Below are positions 10,003-21,136 of a DNA stretch of 64,000 nt, one piece after another. The notes under the pieces are model-generated. The model searched no databases and was not told where the DNA came from. It was given only the letters and a program-made list of their open reading frames with translations. Where the stretch lies: positions 1,120,001-1,184,000 of the forward strand of contig OY970067.1 of NCBI GenBank assembly GCA_963705305.1. The letters are read 5' to 3'. The first letter of the stretch is position 1. Every line of letters starts with the position of its first letter. Source of the DNA: an uncultured Methylomirabilota bacterium (GTDB lineage: Bacteria > Methylomirabilota > Methylomirabilia > Methylomirabilales > 2-02-FULL-66-22). The position numbers and the translations under genes were made by a program.

Positions 10003-11646
10003 ATGCTCGAGCGGTTTCTCTCCCAGGTCAACTATTCCTCCTATGAAGATTTTGCGCAGAACTTTCGGATCGACGTCCCTGAGCGGTTCAACTTCGCCTA
10101 CGACGTAGTGGACCGGATCGCCCGGGAGGCTCCGGACCGATCCGCCCTGGTGTGGTGCGATGACAAGGGCGGTGAGGCGCGCTTCAGCTTCGCCGAGATC
10201 GCCGAGCGCTCGAGCCGCGCTGCGAACTTCTTCCTCTCCCTCGGGATCGGGCGGGGCGACCCGGTGATGCTCATCCTCAAGCGCCGCTACGAATACTGGT
10301 TCTGTCTCCTCGCGCTGCACAAGATCGGCGCCATCGCGATTCCGGCCACGCACCTCCTCACCCGAAAGGACATCGTGTACCGGAACAACGCGGCAAGCGT
10401 GAGGGCCATTGTCTGCGTGGATGAACCCGGTGTCCTCGACAACGTGGAGGCCGCAGCGGCCGAATCTCCTACCCTCGCCTACCGCATCAGCCTCGGTCGG
10501 GCGAGGGCCGGCTGGCTGAGTCTGTCGGAGGGGATGCACGAGGCGGACTCCTCCTTGGAGCGCAAGCCCACCCAAAGCAAGGACACGAGTCTGTTGTACT
10601 TCACCTCGGGCACCACCGGCATGCCCAAGATGGTGCAGCACGATTTCGCCTACCCGTTGGGCCACATCCTCACCGCACGGTACTGGCAGAATGTCGAGGA
10701 GGGGGGCCTGCACCTCACGGTGGCCGACACGGGTTGGGCCAAGGCCGCCTGGGGGAAGATCTACGGCCAGTGGATCTGCGGCTCAGCCGTGTTCGTCTAC
10801 GACTACGACCGCTTCGCCCCGGCCAGCCTGCTCGACGTCATCTCCAAGTACAAGGTCACCTCCTTCTGCGCCCCGCCCACGATCTACCGTTTCTTCATAA
10901 AGGAAAACCTGAAGCGGTACGACTTCCGCGCCCTTCACACCTGCACGGTGGCCGGCGAGCCGCTCAACCCGGAGGTCTATCACCGATTCAAGGAGCTGAC
11001 CGGGCTCTCCCTGAAAGAAGGCTACGGCCAGACCGAGATGACCTTGGCCGTCGCGGTCTACCCCTGGGTTGAGCCCAAGCCCGGCTCGATGGGGCTGCCC
11101 TCCCCCGGATACGACATCGACCTGCTGAACGAACAGGGGGAGTCCTGCGAGGTAGGCGAGAAGGGCGAGATCGTGGTGCGCACGGACAAACGGTCGCCCG
11201 TTGGGATGTTCCTTGGCTACTACCGCGACCCGGACCTCACCGGGAGTGCGTGGCACGACGGGATCTACCACACGGGTGACGTGGCCTGGCACGACGAGGA
11301 TGGGTACCTCTGGTTCGTGGGCCGCACGGACGACGTGATCAAGAGCTCCGGATACCGGATCGGTCCCTTCGAAGTGGAGAGCGCCCTCATCGAGCACCCG
11401 GCGGTCCTCGAATGCGCCGTCACCGGGGCGCCCGATCCCGATCGTGTGCAGGTGGTGAAGGCCACGGTCGTACTGGCCAAGGGATACTCCCCGAGCCCGG
11501 AGCTGTCCGCGGAGCTCCAGGAGCACGTGAAAAAGACCACGGCGCCGTACAAGTATCCCCGCATCATCGAGTTTGCGACTGAGCTTCCCAAGACCATCAG
11601 CGGAAAGATCCGGCGGGTGGAGATCCGAGAGAAGGATGGGTCGTAG
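10003..11646 (+). CDS. AMP-forming acyl-CoA synthetase (acetyl/medium-chain)
   Basis: [53 protein letters not shown]. Confidence 0.92.
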   Translation: MLERFLSQVNYSSYEDFAQNFRIDVPERFNFAYDVVDRIAREAPDRSALVWCDDKGGEARFSFAEIAERSSRAANFFLSLGIGRGDPVMLILKRRYEYWFCLLALHKIGAIAIPATHLLTRKDIVYRNNAASVRAIVCVDEPGVLDNVEAAAAESPTLAYRISLGRARAGWLSLSEGMHEADSSLERKPTQSKDTSLLYFTSGTTGMPKMVQHDFAYPLGHILTARYWQNVEEGGLHLTVADTGWAKAAWGKIYGQWICGSAVFVYDYDRFAPASLLDVISKYKVTSFCAPPTIYRFFIKENLKRYDFRALHTCTVAGEPLNPEVYHRFKELTGLSLKEGYGQTEMTLAVAVYPWVEPKPGSMGLPSPGYDIDLLNEQGESCEVGEKGEIVVRTDKRSPVGMFLGYYRDPDLTGSAWHDGIYHTGDVAWHDEDGYLWFVGRTDDVIKSSGYRIGPFEVESALIEHPAVLECAVTGAPDPDRVQVVKATVVLAKGYSPSPELSAELQEHVKKTTAPYKYPRIIEFATELPKTISGKIRRVEIREKDGS

Positions 11647-11871
11647 CGGCGGTGCCCTTTCGACGGCTCCTGGCAAGGAGTCGGGTGAGATCCACCAGCG
11701 TCATCAATGCGCGCAATGACAATTGGGGACCTTGCAGTCTATGTCGCCTTTCCGTGCCCCCTCACGCGCTTGCCGAATACGTCGCATCCGGCGACCTTCT
11801 TGTCCAAGGCGTAGCGCGTTGGGGCCCGGGCGGCTTCGGCCGCAGCCGCGGCCCTCGAAAGAGAGAGTGCG

Positions 11872-12657
11872 ATGCGCGAGAATCGAGTAAAGGCGAAGAT
11901 GCGCCAAGGAACGCTTGCCATCGGGACGTCCGTCGGTCTCGCGGATCCCGCTGTCGTAGAAGTGATCGGCCTAGCAGGGTTTGATGCGGCCTTCATCGAC
12001 ATGGAGCATGCCTGCTTCGAGCTCGGCCTGGTGGAGGAGATGGTCCGCGCCTGCGAGGTCGCAGGGGTCACGCCCATCGTGCGCGTCCCCGACAACAATC
12101 CGAAAACCATGCTGCGGCTGCTCGATGCCGGCGTGCAAGGCATTCAGGTGCCACATATCGCCGGCGTGGCAGACGCCCTCGCCGTCGTGAAAGCGGTCCG
12201 GTACGCGCCGCTCGGCGAGCGTGGGATGGCGGGCGCGTCGCGAGCGGCACGGTACGGCACTGTGCCGCTCGGGGAGCACCTCGCGACCTCAAATGCCGAA
12301 ATCCTGTTGGCGCTGATGATCGAGGACCTGCCCGCCCTGCGCGACGTGGCGGAGATCGCCGCCGCACCGGGGGTTGACCTCATCGCCATCGGACCGGGCG
12401 ATCTCTCGGCCGCCCTGGGGGTGAGCGATCCGCGGGATCCGCGGCTCCGCGAGACGATCGAGCATGTCGCGGCGACCCTCCGGCGGGTCAACAAGGCGCG
12501 GATGGCCTTCCCGCTGGGCCTCGCGGCGTACCCGGTGACCCCCGCCCGCCTGCGGGAGATGGGCGTCGCCTACTCGAATTGCTATCCCGGGGACCTGGGT
12601 CGCCTTCTGCAATCCTACCAGGCTCAGGTGCAGCAACTCCGGGCTGAACTGGGGTGA
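11872..12657 (+). CDS. HpcH/HpaI aldolase family protein
   Basis: FIDMEH, VRVP, LLDAG, RYAPLGERG, MIED, IGPGDLS. Confidence 0.88.
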   Translation: MRENRVKAKMRQGTLAIGTSVGLADPAVVEVIGLAGFDAAFIDMEHACFELGLVEEMVRACEVAGVTPIVRVPDNNPKTMLRLLDAGVQGIQVPHIAGVADALAVVKAVRYAPLGERGMAGASRAARYGTVPLGEHLATSNAEILLALMIEDLPALRDVAEIAAAPGVDLIAIGPGDLSAALGVSDPRDPRLRETIEHVAATLRRVNKARMAFPLGLAAYPVTPARLREMGVAYSNCYPGDLGRLLQSYQAQVQQLRAELG

Positions 12658-12675
12658 GGGCGACAGCGGGGCAGG

Positions 12676-13077
12676 TTACTTTTGGCCCAAAACTACGCGG
12701 TGGGCCAATCGCTGGAGGGAAGACACGGCTCGATCACCGTAATACGGGACGGTAGTGCGTAGTACGCGAGTACGGGACGTAGCATTATTTGTATAATCTT
12801 CTGCGTTTGCGGCCAGCGGGAGCAATAGGAGAAGCCCACGGGTTAGGGCAAGGGAAAGCGGGAGGAAAATCCGTAGGATGCCGGCACGGCGGGCTAGGCC
12901 TGGCCGCGCGCCATCCGAGTCCCTCCCCTCCTCGGGAGAAGTGGTCCGGGGAAGGCAAGATATGACAGGTAATGCAACTCTGACAGCTTCTTCCGAGCCT
13001 ACATCCCGCAGAGGGGCAAGCTCTTCTGGCTGATCTTCGATCTGGTCCGACAGCGGCATCTGGGGGGCTGGATGCAA
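12676..13077 (-). other. ORF of atypical composition (133 aa), coding status uncertain
   Basis: Uninterrupted frame filling the intergenic gap, but with many A/T-ending codons unlike the host, and no motif. Confidence 0.3.
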
Positions 13078-13149
13078 GGAAGCAGCCGTGGCGGCGAGGA
13101 CTGTGAACTGCCTCGCACGGCGGCTACCCGGTCCGGGAGGCGGCCGGGT

Positions 13150-14193
13150 TTATGGCCCCGGCTCCAGAAGCACGATCTCGCTGTGGGAGCCGAGACGCAT
13201 CGGCGGCCCCCAGAAGCCGGTGCCCGTGGAGATGTTCAAAAAGGCGCCCCCCGTGTCATGCAGGCCTCTGAGGTATGGATAGAACAGTCCCACCATGAAA
13301 TTGAACGGCCAGATCTGGCCGTTGTGGAGGTGGCCGGAGAGCATCAGCCCGACACCGTGACGCGCGGCGAGGTCGAATCCCGTCGGCTGATGATTCATGA
13401 GGACCGTAAAGATCGGCGTGCGGGGCGTGCGGTCGAGGACGGACTGCATCAGGTCCGTGCCGTAGCTGTTATCGACCCCGATGATCCGGATGCCGTCAAA
13501 GCTCATCGCCTCGTTGCGCAGCCAGCGAATCCGTGTGGCCGCCAGCATCTGCCGCACGTTGTCGTATCCGGTGTAGGAATCGTGATTGCCCGAGGTGAAC
13601 ACGGCAGGGGCGACAAAATCCTGAAGCTGCGGGACTATGGCGCGGGTCGTGGGGTTGGCATTATCGAATAGATCGCCGGTGATGAGGATCAGGTCGGGCT
13701 TGAGGGCATTGGTCTTCGCGATGATGTGGGCGAGGGTCGCGGGCCCAATCGATCCGATGTGGATGTCGGAGAGTTGGGCGATCCTGAGCGGCAGATGGGG
13801 CACCCGCTCCCGGCGGACCGTGATCGTGTGGGCGTTGACGAAGGCGAATACCGCGAGACCGCAGGCGAGGCCGCAGGCACCGATTCCCCACGCCCGCTGC
13901 GGGAGGGGGATCACCAGGGACAGGATCTGCTGGGCCGACAGGATCCACAGCAACAAGAAGCAGACTCCCAGCCACAGCATCGCCAGCGTGTACACGGCGC
14001 CGGTCAGACGGTTGCCGATGGCACTTTCCAGGGCGAGGGCGACCACGAATGACAAGGTGAGCGGGACGAGCGCCACGTAGAACCAGCCGCTCTGCCGGAG
14101 GCCAAACAGGCGGAACAATCGCGCCAGGACATACCAGTTCATCCCCAGATACACGCTGCAGACGATCAGGACGAAGAGCACACGGCTTGTCAT
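13150..14193 (-). CDS. membrane-anchored metallophosphoesterase (YkuE/YaeI-like)
   Basis: N-terminal TM helices; SDIHIG, TGDLFD, SGNHD, NHQP, SGHLHNGQ, GTGFWGPPMR. Confidence 0.9.
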   Translation of the reverse strand: MTSRVLFVLIVCSVYLGMNWYVLARLFRLFGLRQSGWFYVALVPLTLSFVVALALESAIGNRLTGAVYTLAMLWLGVCFLLLWILSAQQILSLVIPLPQRAWGIGACGLACGLAVFAFVNAHTITVRRERVPHLPLRIAQLSDIHIGSIGPATLAHIIAKTNALKPDLILITGDLFDNANPTTRAIVPQLQDFVAPAVFTSGNHDSYTGYDNVRQMLAATRIRWLRNEAMSFDGIRIIGVDNSYGTDLMQSVLDRTPRTPIFTVLMNHQPTGFDLAARHGVGLMLSGHLHNGQIWPFNFMVGLFYPYLRGLHDTGGAFLNISTGTGFWGPPMRLGSHSEIVLLEPGP

Positions 14194-14437
14194 GGCTGGA
14201 CGTTACCATACCCATCCAGGGCGGGCAAGGCCGGCGACCCGCGCCGTCCGGACATTCCCCTTGACGCTTGCAGCGCCAGCGCGGCATGATCGAAAGCATC
14301 CAGCAGGCTGCTAGGACATTTTTCTGTGGATCCGGAGAGCGATGCCGGCGCCGTCGTGGCGGCGGCATCTTCCGGGATCGAGGCACGGGCGAGGCGCGCC
14401 CTCGCCGCCGCTCACCTCAACAACAAGGAGCGTTCCC

Positions 14438-15398
14438 ATGAATCCGGTCGTGCTGGTCACCCGCAAGCTGCCGGAGGCCGTCGAGGCTCGCCTCCGGCGC
14501 GATTACCGCCCACGGCTCAACCCCGACGACCGTCTCTATTCTAGCGACGAGATGATCGAGCGTGCTGCGGGCGCGGACGCCGTCCTTCCCTGCCACACCG
14601 AGCGCTTCTCGGCCCCGGTGATCGCGCGGCTTCCCGACAGCATCCGCATCATCGCCAACTTCTCGGTGGGGTTCGACCATGTCGACCTGGAGGCGGCGAA
14701 AGCCAGGGGCATCGTCGTCACCAACACGCCCGAGGTGCTTTCCGACGCCACCGCCGAGCTGACCATCATGCTGATGCTGGGTGCGGCCCGACGGGCCAGC
14801 GAGGGGGAGCGCTTGGTGCGCACCCGCGAGTGGCGGGACTGGAGCCCCAGCTTCATGGTGGGCACCCAGGTGACCGGCAAGCGGCTCGGCATCGTGGGGA
14901 TGGGTCGGGTCGGCCAGGTCACGGCCCGGCGCGCCCGGGGGTTCGACATGGAGATCCATTATCACGACGTTCCGTCGCCTGCCCCCGGAGCGGGAACAGG
15001 GGGCGATCTTTCATCCGACTGTGGAAGACCTCCTGCCTCACTGCGACTTCCTGGCGTTCCACTGCGTCGCCACGCCGCAGACCCGGAAGATGCTCAACGC
15101 CGAGCGCATCGCCCTGCTTCCCAACGGGGCCATCGTCGTCAACGCCAGTCGCGGCGCGGTGATCGACGACGAGGCGCTGATCGCCGCGCTGAAATCCGGC
15201 AAGGTGAACGCGGCCGGCCTCGACGTTTACAACAACGAGCCGGACATCCACCCGGGGTATCGGGAGCTCCCCAACACCTTCCTGATGCCGCATATCGGCA
15301 GCGCGACCAAGGAGACCCGCGACGCCATGGGATTCCGGGCCCTGGACAACCTGGATGCGTTTTTCGCCGGCCGCGAACCCGTGGACCGGGTGGCCTGA
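14438..15398 (+). pseudogene. D-glycerate dehydrogenase/glyoxylate reductase family, +1 frameshift near 14970
   Basis: VGFDHVD, TNTPEVL, GMGRVG in the first frame; VNASRG, AAGLDVY, PHIGSAT in the second; one extra base at gacgttccgt. Confidence 0.8.
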
Positions 15399-15543
15399 AG
15401 GACCGCTGAGGCACAGCAGGGCAGAGGAGCTGAGGCCTGCGGGCCGGGAAGCGGAGCGCGTCGCCCCTGTAGCTCTTGCCTCCCAGCCGATCGCCCAGGC
15501 CGCTAGTGTAATCCGTCCAATGCTTCTTTACTTTTGCGGGGCC

Positions 15544-15570
15544 GTCATGCCGGCGAAAGCCGGCATCCAG
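15544..15570. repeat. REP-like palindrome gtcatgccggcgaaagccggcatccag
   Basis: atgccggc/gccggcat stem with GAAA loop, adjacent to repeat copy B. Confidence 0.65.
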
Positions 15571-15579
15571 GGTGCCCCG

Positions 15580-15818
15580 CAGGTTGCTCAAAAAGGCGCA
15601 GATGTCCCTCGACTTCGCTCGGGACCGTGAGCCTGTCGAATGGCAAGGCGGCCTCACCCATCCCTCGGGATGGGTACCCGGGCCGAGCACCCGCCGCAGA
15701 CGGGTCAAGGCGTACCTCCGGTACGCCGCAGCGAGTATCCGAGCGGGCGGGGCACCCATCCGAAGGATGGGCACCCATCAGATGGGTACCCGGCAGATGG
15801 GCCTTTTTCAGCAGCCTG
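15580..15818. mobile_element. MITE/REP-like element copy B
   Basis: caggttgctcaaaaagg...cctttttcagcagcctg followed by CTAG; a second CTAG at 15503 may mark an outer boundary. Confidence 0.8.
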
Positions 15819-16490
15819 CTAGGGCGTGATGCCCGACCAGTGCAAGAGCTCGTCGGCCGGCACGCGCGTCCGCGGGAAACGGTTCACCGGCGCTTCCGTG
15901 ACCGGGTAGCCGATGGGCAGGGCCAGCATCACCCGCTTGCTCTCGGGGATCCCGAGGACCTCGTGGAAGATCCAGGGATAGCGGAGTGGCGCCGCCTGCG
16001 GGCAGGTGCCCAACCCCTTCCCGTGCGCCAGGAGCTCCAAGGCCAAAGAGATCGCCCCCACGTCCATAACCGCCAGCTCTGTGAAGGCCCGCTCCATGCT
16101 GAGGAGGATGACCTGGGGGGCGTCGAAGAACCCGATCCCGGCAAGGGACCACTCGTCCTTCCTGGCTTTGTCATCCGCCGCGATCCCCAGCGCCTGGAGC
16201 ACGGCGTTTCCCATCTCCAGGCGGCGCTGCTTGAAGCGCTCGGGAAGCTGCGCCGGCCAGCCCATCTCCGGCTTGCCGACGGGATCGGCGGCTGCCGCCT
16301 CGCGCAGGCGTGTGCGGAGCTTCTGAAGCGACTCTCCGCCCACGATCGTGAATTCCCACGGCTGGGTGTTGGCCGCGGAAGGGGCCCAGTGCGCCTGGTC
16401 AACCAGCTCCCGGAGGATGGCAGGCGGCACGGGATCGGGGCGAAACACACGGATGCTGCGGCGTCCTCGGACGGCGTCTTCGAGCTGCAT
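15819..16490 (-). CDS. nitroreductase family protein
   Basis: GRRSIRVF, WAPSAANTQPW, GLGTC, IGYP; GGAGG RBS. Confidence 0.9.
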   Translation of the reverse strand: MQLEDAVRGRRSIRVFRPDPVPPAILRELVDQAHWAPSAANTQPWEFTIVGGESLQKLRTRLREAAAADPVGKPEMGWPAQLPERFKQRRLEMGNAVLQALGIAADDKARKDEWSLAGIGFFDAPQVILLSMERAFTELAVMDVGAISLALELLAHGKGLGTCPQAAPLRYPWIFHEVLGIPESKRVMLALPIGYPVTEAPVNRFPRTRVPADELLHWSGITP

Positions 16491-16500
16491 GGAAACCTCC

Positions 16501-16830
16501 TTATCCTCTCTTCCAGTTTTTCCCCCAGCCGACGTTGGCGGGAAAGACGGTGGGGCCGGCCCCCACCACGGCGGGAGATGCGAACCAGTCCTGCACCCTG
16601 TCGCGCCACGCAATGAAGTGGGGCGTCTGCATGTGGGCGTCGAACGCGGCCCTGTCCGTGTACACCTCGTACAGGTAGATGCGATTCGGGTTCTGCTCAT
16701 CCTGGATGATGTCGAAGCGGACGCACCCGGGCTCGTTGGCGACGGATCCCCGGGCGTCATCCAGCATGGCGGAGACGAACTGCTCTTTGAGGCCGGGCTT
16801 GATGTCGATGGTCACCACCAGAGCGTACAT
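16501..16830 (-). CDS. ABM/putative quinol monooxygenase (LsrG-like)
   Basis: NEPGCVRFDI, YLYEVY, AHMQTPHF. Confidence 0.85.
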   Translation of the reverse strand: MYALVVTIDIKPGLKEQFVSAMLDDARGSVANEPGCVRFDIIQDEQNPNRIYLYEVYTDRAAFDAHMQTPHFIAWRDRVQDWFASPAVVGAGPTVFPANVGWGKNWKRG

Positions 16831-16879
16831 GCTGTGTCCTCCCCGCGGGGGCGAGCCTCTCTCCGCAGCAGACCGGCTG

Positions 16880-18016
16880 CTACCAGTCGACACGATACCG
16901 CTGCACCGCCGCCTCGTCCAGCTCCACGCCGATACCCGGCCGGGTGGGGACATGGATGCAGCCTTGCTCCACCCTGAACGGCTCCTTGACCAGGCGGGCG
17001 CGCAGGTCGGCCGGCTCTACCGGGTAATAATGCGTGGGCCACTCCACGGCCAGTAGGTTGGGAATCATGGCTGCGAGCTGCACCGCCATGGCGTCGTAGA
17101 TCGGTCCGTAGGGCTGGTGGACCAGGACGGGGGTGCAGGCCACCTCCGCCATATCGGCCACCAGGCGGGCCTCCAGGAGTCCTCCGGCCCGGCCGGGATC
17201 CACTTGGAGGATATCCGCGGCGTGCCGGTCGATCATGGGCTTGAAGGCATAGCGGGTGACCAGCCGCTCGCCCGAGGCGACCGGCGCCCGCAGATTGTCG
17301 GCCACCAGGCGCAGGGCCTCCAGGTCCTCGGAGCCGGTCGGCTCTTCGATGAAGAACGGGTCATACTCCTCCAGCGCCTGGCCGATCCGAATGGCGGCCG
17401 GGGTGTTGAACTTGGCGTGGAACTCGATCCCCATGTCCACGTCGTCCCCCACCGCCTTGCGCACGGCCTCCACGATCCGTACGACCCGCCGAAGCTCGTC
17501 CCGGCCGATGCCCGCGTCTGCGGGGGCGGCGAACCAGAAGGGGTCGAATTTGATGGTCGAGAACCCCTCGGCCACGCGGGCTTTGGCCAGCCCTACGTAG
17601 ACCTCCGGCCCCGGCTCTTTCTCGCCGCCCCAGGTCTGTGCGTGCAGATAGGCCCGGACCGTACTCCGGCACTTGCCGCCCAAGAGGTTGTAGACGGGGG
17701 TGCTCAGGGCCTTGCCCACGATATCCCACATGGCGACCTCGACCGCCGCCAGGGCCGAGACGTGGAGGGAGCTGGGCCCCCGGACATCCAGGTGAGTTTT
17801 GTAGACCTGGGTCCAGAGCGAGCGGATCTCGAACGGGTCGCGCCCCACCACCAGCGGCCTCAGCTCCTGGATGGCGGCGGCCTGGGCCCGCTCGCGGAAG
17901 GCGTTCCCCGCCTCGCCGTAGCCCACGATCCCCTCGTCCGTCATAAGCCTGACGAACACCCACTTGATCAGGCCTCTGGTGTCCACCAGCGTGGTGTCGA
18001 GGTCGGTGATTTTCAT
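16880..18016 (-). CDS. mandelate racemase/muconate lactonizing enzyme family (galactonate dehydratase-like)
   Basis: TDEGIVGYGE, AMWDIVGK..PVYNLLGG, KFD, FIEEP, ASGER, PGIGVELD. Confidence 0.9.
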   Translation of the reverse strand: MKITDLDTTLVDTRGLIKWVFVRLMTDEGIVGYGEAGNAFRERAQAAAIQELRPLVVGRDPFEIRSLWTQVYKTHLDVRGPSSLHVSALAAVEVAMWDIVGKALSTPVYNLLGGKCRSTVRAYLHAQTWGGEKEPGPEVYVGLAKARVAEGFSTIKFDPFWFAAPADAGIGRDELRRVVRIVEAVRKAVGDDVDMGIEFHAKFNTPAAIRIGQALEEYDPFFIEEPTGSEDLEALRLVADNLRAPVASGERLVTRYAFKPMIDRHAADILQVDPGRAGGLLEARLVADMAEVACTPVLVHQPYGPIYDAMAVQLAAMIPNLLAVEWPTHYYPVEPADLRARLVKEPFRVEQGCIHVPTRPGIGVELDEAAVQRYRVDW

Positions 18017-18181
18017 GGAGTCTCCGGGGTCATGCGTCCCAGGTGTCGGGTCGCGCTCACGAGGGTATGCCCCGAACACCCCGTGGATGTCAAGCCAAAA
18101 GGCAAGCGGCGCGGATGCGCAAGGGGTTGCGGGGGCGGAGGTCACGAAGGACCGAGGGACAGTCGGGTCCCTGGGGGTTAG

Positions 18182-18355
18182 CAGGATGCTGGAAAACTCG
18201 TCTTCGCCCAGGCTGCTCAAGAAGGTCCAGATGTCCCTCGACTTGGCTCGGGACCGTGAGCCTGTCGAACGGCAAGGCGGCGCGCCGGGTACCCGGCCGA
18301 AGGCTGGGCACCCATCAGATGGGTACCCGGCAGATGGACCTTTTTCAGCAGCCTC
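18182..18355. mobile_element. MITE/REP-like element copy C
   Basis: ttag|caggatgctggaaaa..caggctgctcaagaagg...cctttttcagcagcctc. Confidence 0.8.
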
Positions 18356-18356
18356 G

Positions 18357-18626
18357 TCAGTCCATTGACTTGGTGAACGACCGGAGGGTCGCGGTCGGGG
18401 GTCGCCCCGGGTCGAATTCCGGCATGGAGTAGCCGGCCTCCTGCAAACCCTCCCGCTCTTCCGCGCTGGCCTCGACGATGCTGAAATCGCCGAATCCGGC
18501 ATCATCGGGCAGGAGGGCCTCGCCGCTCTCCAGGATCACCACCGCCAGCCCATCCGCCCGCAGGGTGCGCTGCTCCAGACTGGCTCGCAGCATCAGGTTC
18601 TCCAGGAGCCCGCAGCTGAGCTTCAT
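18357..18626 (-). CDS. hypothetical protein (89 aa)
   Basis: GGAGGGG RBS, host-like codons, directly downstream of lon. Confidence 0.55.
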   Translation of the reverse strand: MKLSCGLLENLMLRASLEQRTLRADGLAVVILESGEALLPDDAGFGDFSIVEASAEEREGLQEAGYSMPEFDPGRPPTATLRSFTKSMD

Positions 18627-18673
18627 ATCCCCTCCCCCTCCCCGTGGGCCGCGATCCGAGCGGATGGTCGACT

Positions 18674-21136
18674 TCAGGGGTGGCCCGCGCCGGCCGTCTC
18701 GGGCGTAAGGGCCTGCGCCAGAACCTCCTCGGCCGTATCCACGAAGGAAAACTTCAGATCGCGGCGGACCTCTGCGGGGACGTCCTCCACGTCCTGCTCA
18801 TTCCGCCGGGGCAGGATCAAGCGCCTGATCCCGATGCGGTGGGCGGCCAGGACCTTCTCCTTGATCCCGCCCACCGGCAGGACCTTGCCCCGCAGGGTGA
18901 TTTCGCCCGTCATGGCGAGGTCGCTGCGCACCGGCCGCCCGGTGACCAGCGAGGCCACGGCGGTCGTCATGGTGACGCCGGCCGACGGCCCGTCCTTGGG
19001 GATGGCGCCGGCCGGCACGTGGATGTGCATCCGTTTTCCCTCGAAGAGTGCGGGGTCGATCCCGAGGGCGCCGGCATTGGATCGGACGTACGAGACGGCC
19101 GCCTGCGCGCTCTCCCGCATGACATCCCCCAGCATCCCGGTGAGGAGCAAGCCCTCCTCCTTGCTCGACATCATGGTCGCCTCGACGAAGAGGACGTCGC
19201 CGCCAGCCGGAGTCCAGGCCAGGCCCGTGGCCACGCCCGGGCGGGTGGTCCGTTCCGCCACCTCGTCGAAGAAGCGCTGGCGCCCCAGGAAATCGTGCAG
19301 GTTCTGAGCCGTCACGCGCACCGGCTCCGTTTTCCCCTCGGCGATGAAGCGGGCCACCTTGCGGGCCACCGAGGCGATCTGCCGGTCCAAGCTGCGGACC
19401 CCCGCCTCGCGCGTGTAGCCGCGGATGATCTCCCGCAACGCCTCGGCCTCAAAGGCAACCTCCTCCGGCTTCAGCCCGTGCGCCTCCCGCTGCTTGGGAA
19501 CGAGATACTGCTCGGCGATCCGGATTTTCTCCTCGTCCGTGTAGCCCGACAGCTCCAGGATCTCCATCCGATCGCGCAGCGGGGCCGGAATGGTCTCCAG
19601 CGTGTTGGCGGTGGCGATGAAGAGCACCTGGGACAGGTCGAAGCTCACCCCCAGATAGTTGTCCATGAAGGTGTAATTCTGGGCCGGGTCCAGCACCTCC
19701 AGCAGCGCGGAGGAGGGATCCCCCCGCCAGTCGGCCCCCACCTTGTCGATCTCGTCCAGCATGAAGACAGGATCCCGGGCGCCGGCGCGCCGGAGCCCCT
19801 GGACGATCCGCCCCGGCATGGCCCCGATGTAGGTCCGCCGGTGGCCGCGGATCTCGGCCTCGTCCCGCACGCCTCCCAGGGACATGCGGATGAACTTCCG
19901 TCCCAGGGCCCGCGCGATGCTCTGGCCCAGGCTGGTCTTTCCCACGCCGGGCGGTCCGACGAAGCACAGGATCGGCTCGCGGGTGGGCTGATCGCCCGGG
20001 GTCGGCGCCTTGGCGCCGTCCCCGGCGGGGGCCGGCTGCGCGGCGCCGGGGAATCCTGCCGTGTGGCGATCCAGCCGCAGCTTCTTGGCCGCCAGATACT
20101 CCAGGAGGCGATCCTTGATCTTCTCCAGATCGTAGTGGTCCTCGTCCAGGATTCGGCGGGTATGCGGGACGTCGATGGCCCCCCCCGTCATGACGTTCCA
20201 GGGCAGGTCGACCATCCACTCCAGGTAGGTGCGGATGATCCCGTGCTCGGGCGAAGCCTCGGGAATGCTGCTCAGGCGCTTCAGCTCGCGCTCCGCCTCG
20301 CGCTGCGCCTCCTCGGGAAGCTTGGCCTCCTCCAGCCGCTTGTGCAGATCCTCGGCCTGGTCCCCCTCCTGATCCTCGCCCAGCTCCCGCTGGATCGAGC
20401 GCAGCTGTTCCCGCAGGAAGTAGTCCCGCTGGGTCTTGCTGAGCCGCTCCTGCGTGTCGGCGGTGATCTTCTCGCCCAGCTCGCGCACCGCCAGCTCGCG
20501 CTGCAGCAGGTCGATGATCCGCCGCAGCTTCCGATCCATCGGATCCAGCTCCAGGATCTCCTGGCGGACGGAGGCCTCCATCGGCACCACCGCCCCGACC
20601 AAGTAGGCGACCTGCCGGGGGTCGGTCAGCTGCTCCGCCGCGGCGCCCAGCTCGTCCGGGATCTCGGCGGCCATCCCCACCAGGCGCCGGAACAGATCCA
20701 CCGCGGCGCGGCGGAGGGCGTCCCCCTCCGTGCTCTGTTCGGTCTGGTCCGGGGCGGCCTGCACGCGAGCCACGAGATACGGCTCGGTCTGGACGAATTC
20801 CGCGAACCGGACCCGCTCCAGCCCTTGCATCACCAGACGAAGGCTTCCGTCCGGCGCGCGGGAGAGCTGGTGGATCACCCCCACCGTGCCCATGGCGTAC
20901 AGATCCGCGGGGCCGGCCTCATCCGGGGCCTCGGACCGCTTCAGGACCACGGCCAGGATGCGATTCAGCCGCATCACGTCGTCGACCAGCTTCACCGAGC
21001 GCGGCAGGCTGACGGCGATCGGGGCCATGGCCATGGGAAAGACCACCGTGCTGCGGAGCGGCAGGACCGGCAGGCTGTCGGGGATGGCGAACCGCTCCTG
21101 CGGCGCCTGCTGTTCCTCCCGGACCTCATCGGCCAT
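18674..21136 (-). CDS. lon: ATP-dependent protease La
   Basis: LPVLPLR..VFP N-domain, [23 protein letters not shown] catalytic Ser, GGIKEK. Confidence 0.97.
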   Translation of the reverse strand: MADEVREEQQAPQERFAIPDSLPVLPLRSTVVFPMAMAPIAVSLPRSVKLVDDVMRLNRILAVVLKRSEAPDEAGPADLYAMGTVGVIHQLSRAPDGSLRLVMQGLERVRFAEFVQTEPYLVARVQAAPDQTEQSTEGDALRRAAVDLFRRLVGMAAEIPDELGAAAEQLTDPRQVAYLVGAVVPMEASVRQEILELDPMDRKLRRIIDLLQRELAVRELGEKITADTQERLSKTQRDYFLREQLRSIQRELGEDQEGDQAEDLHKRLEEAKLPEEAQREAERELKRLSSIPEASPEHGIIRTYLEWMVDLPWNVMTGGAIDVPHTRRILDEDHYDLEKIKDRLLEYLAAKKLRLDRHTAGFPGAAQPAPAGDGAKAPTPGDQPTREPILCFVGPPGVGKTSLGQSIARALGRKFIRMSLGGVRDEAEIRGHRRTYIGAMPGRIVQGLRRAGARDPVFMLDEIDKVGADWRGDPSSALLEVLDPAQNYTFMDNYLGVSFDLSQVLFIATANTLETIPAPLRDRMEILELSGYTDEEKIRIAEQYLVPKQREAHGLKPEEVAFEAEALREIIRGYTREAGVRSLDRQIASVARKVARFIAEGKTEPVRVTAQNLHDFLGRQRFFDEVAERTTRPGVATGLAWTPAGGDVLFVEATMMSSKEEGLLLTGMLGDVMRESAQAAVSYVRSNAGALGIDPALFEGKRMHIHVPAGAIPKDGPSAGVTMTTAVASLVTGRPVRSDLAMTGEITLRGKVLPVGGIKEKVLAAHRIGIRRLILPRRNEQDVEDVPAEVRRDLKFSFVDTAEEVLAQALTPETAGAGHP

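Noticed and set aside
15580..15818. Repeats as a CRISPR array
   Set aside because: Copies are dispersed and variable in length, with no repeat-spacer periodicity and no cas genes.
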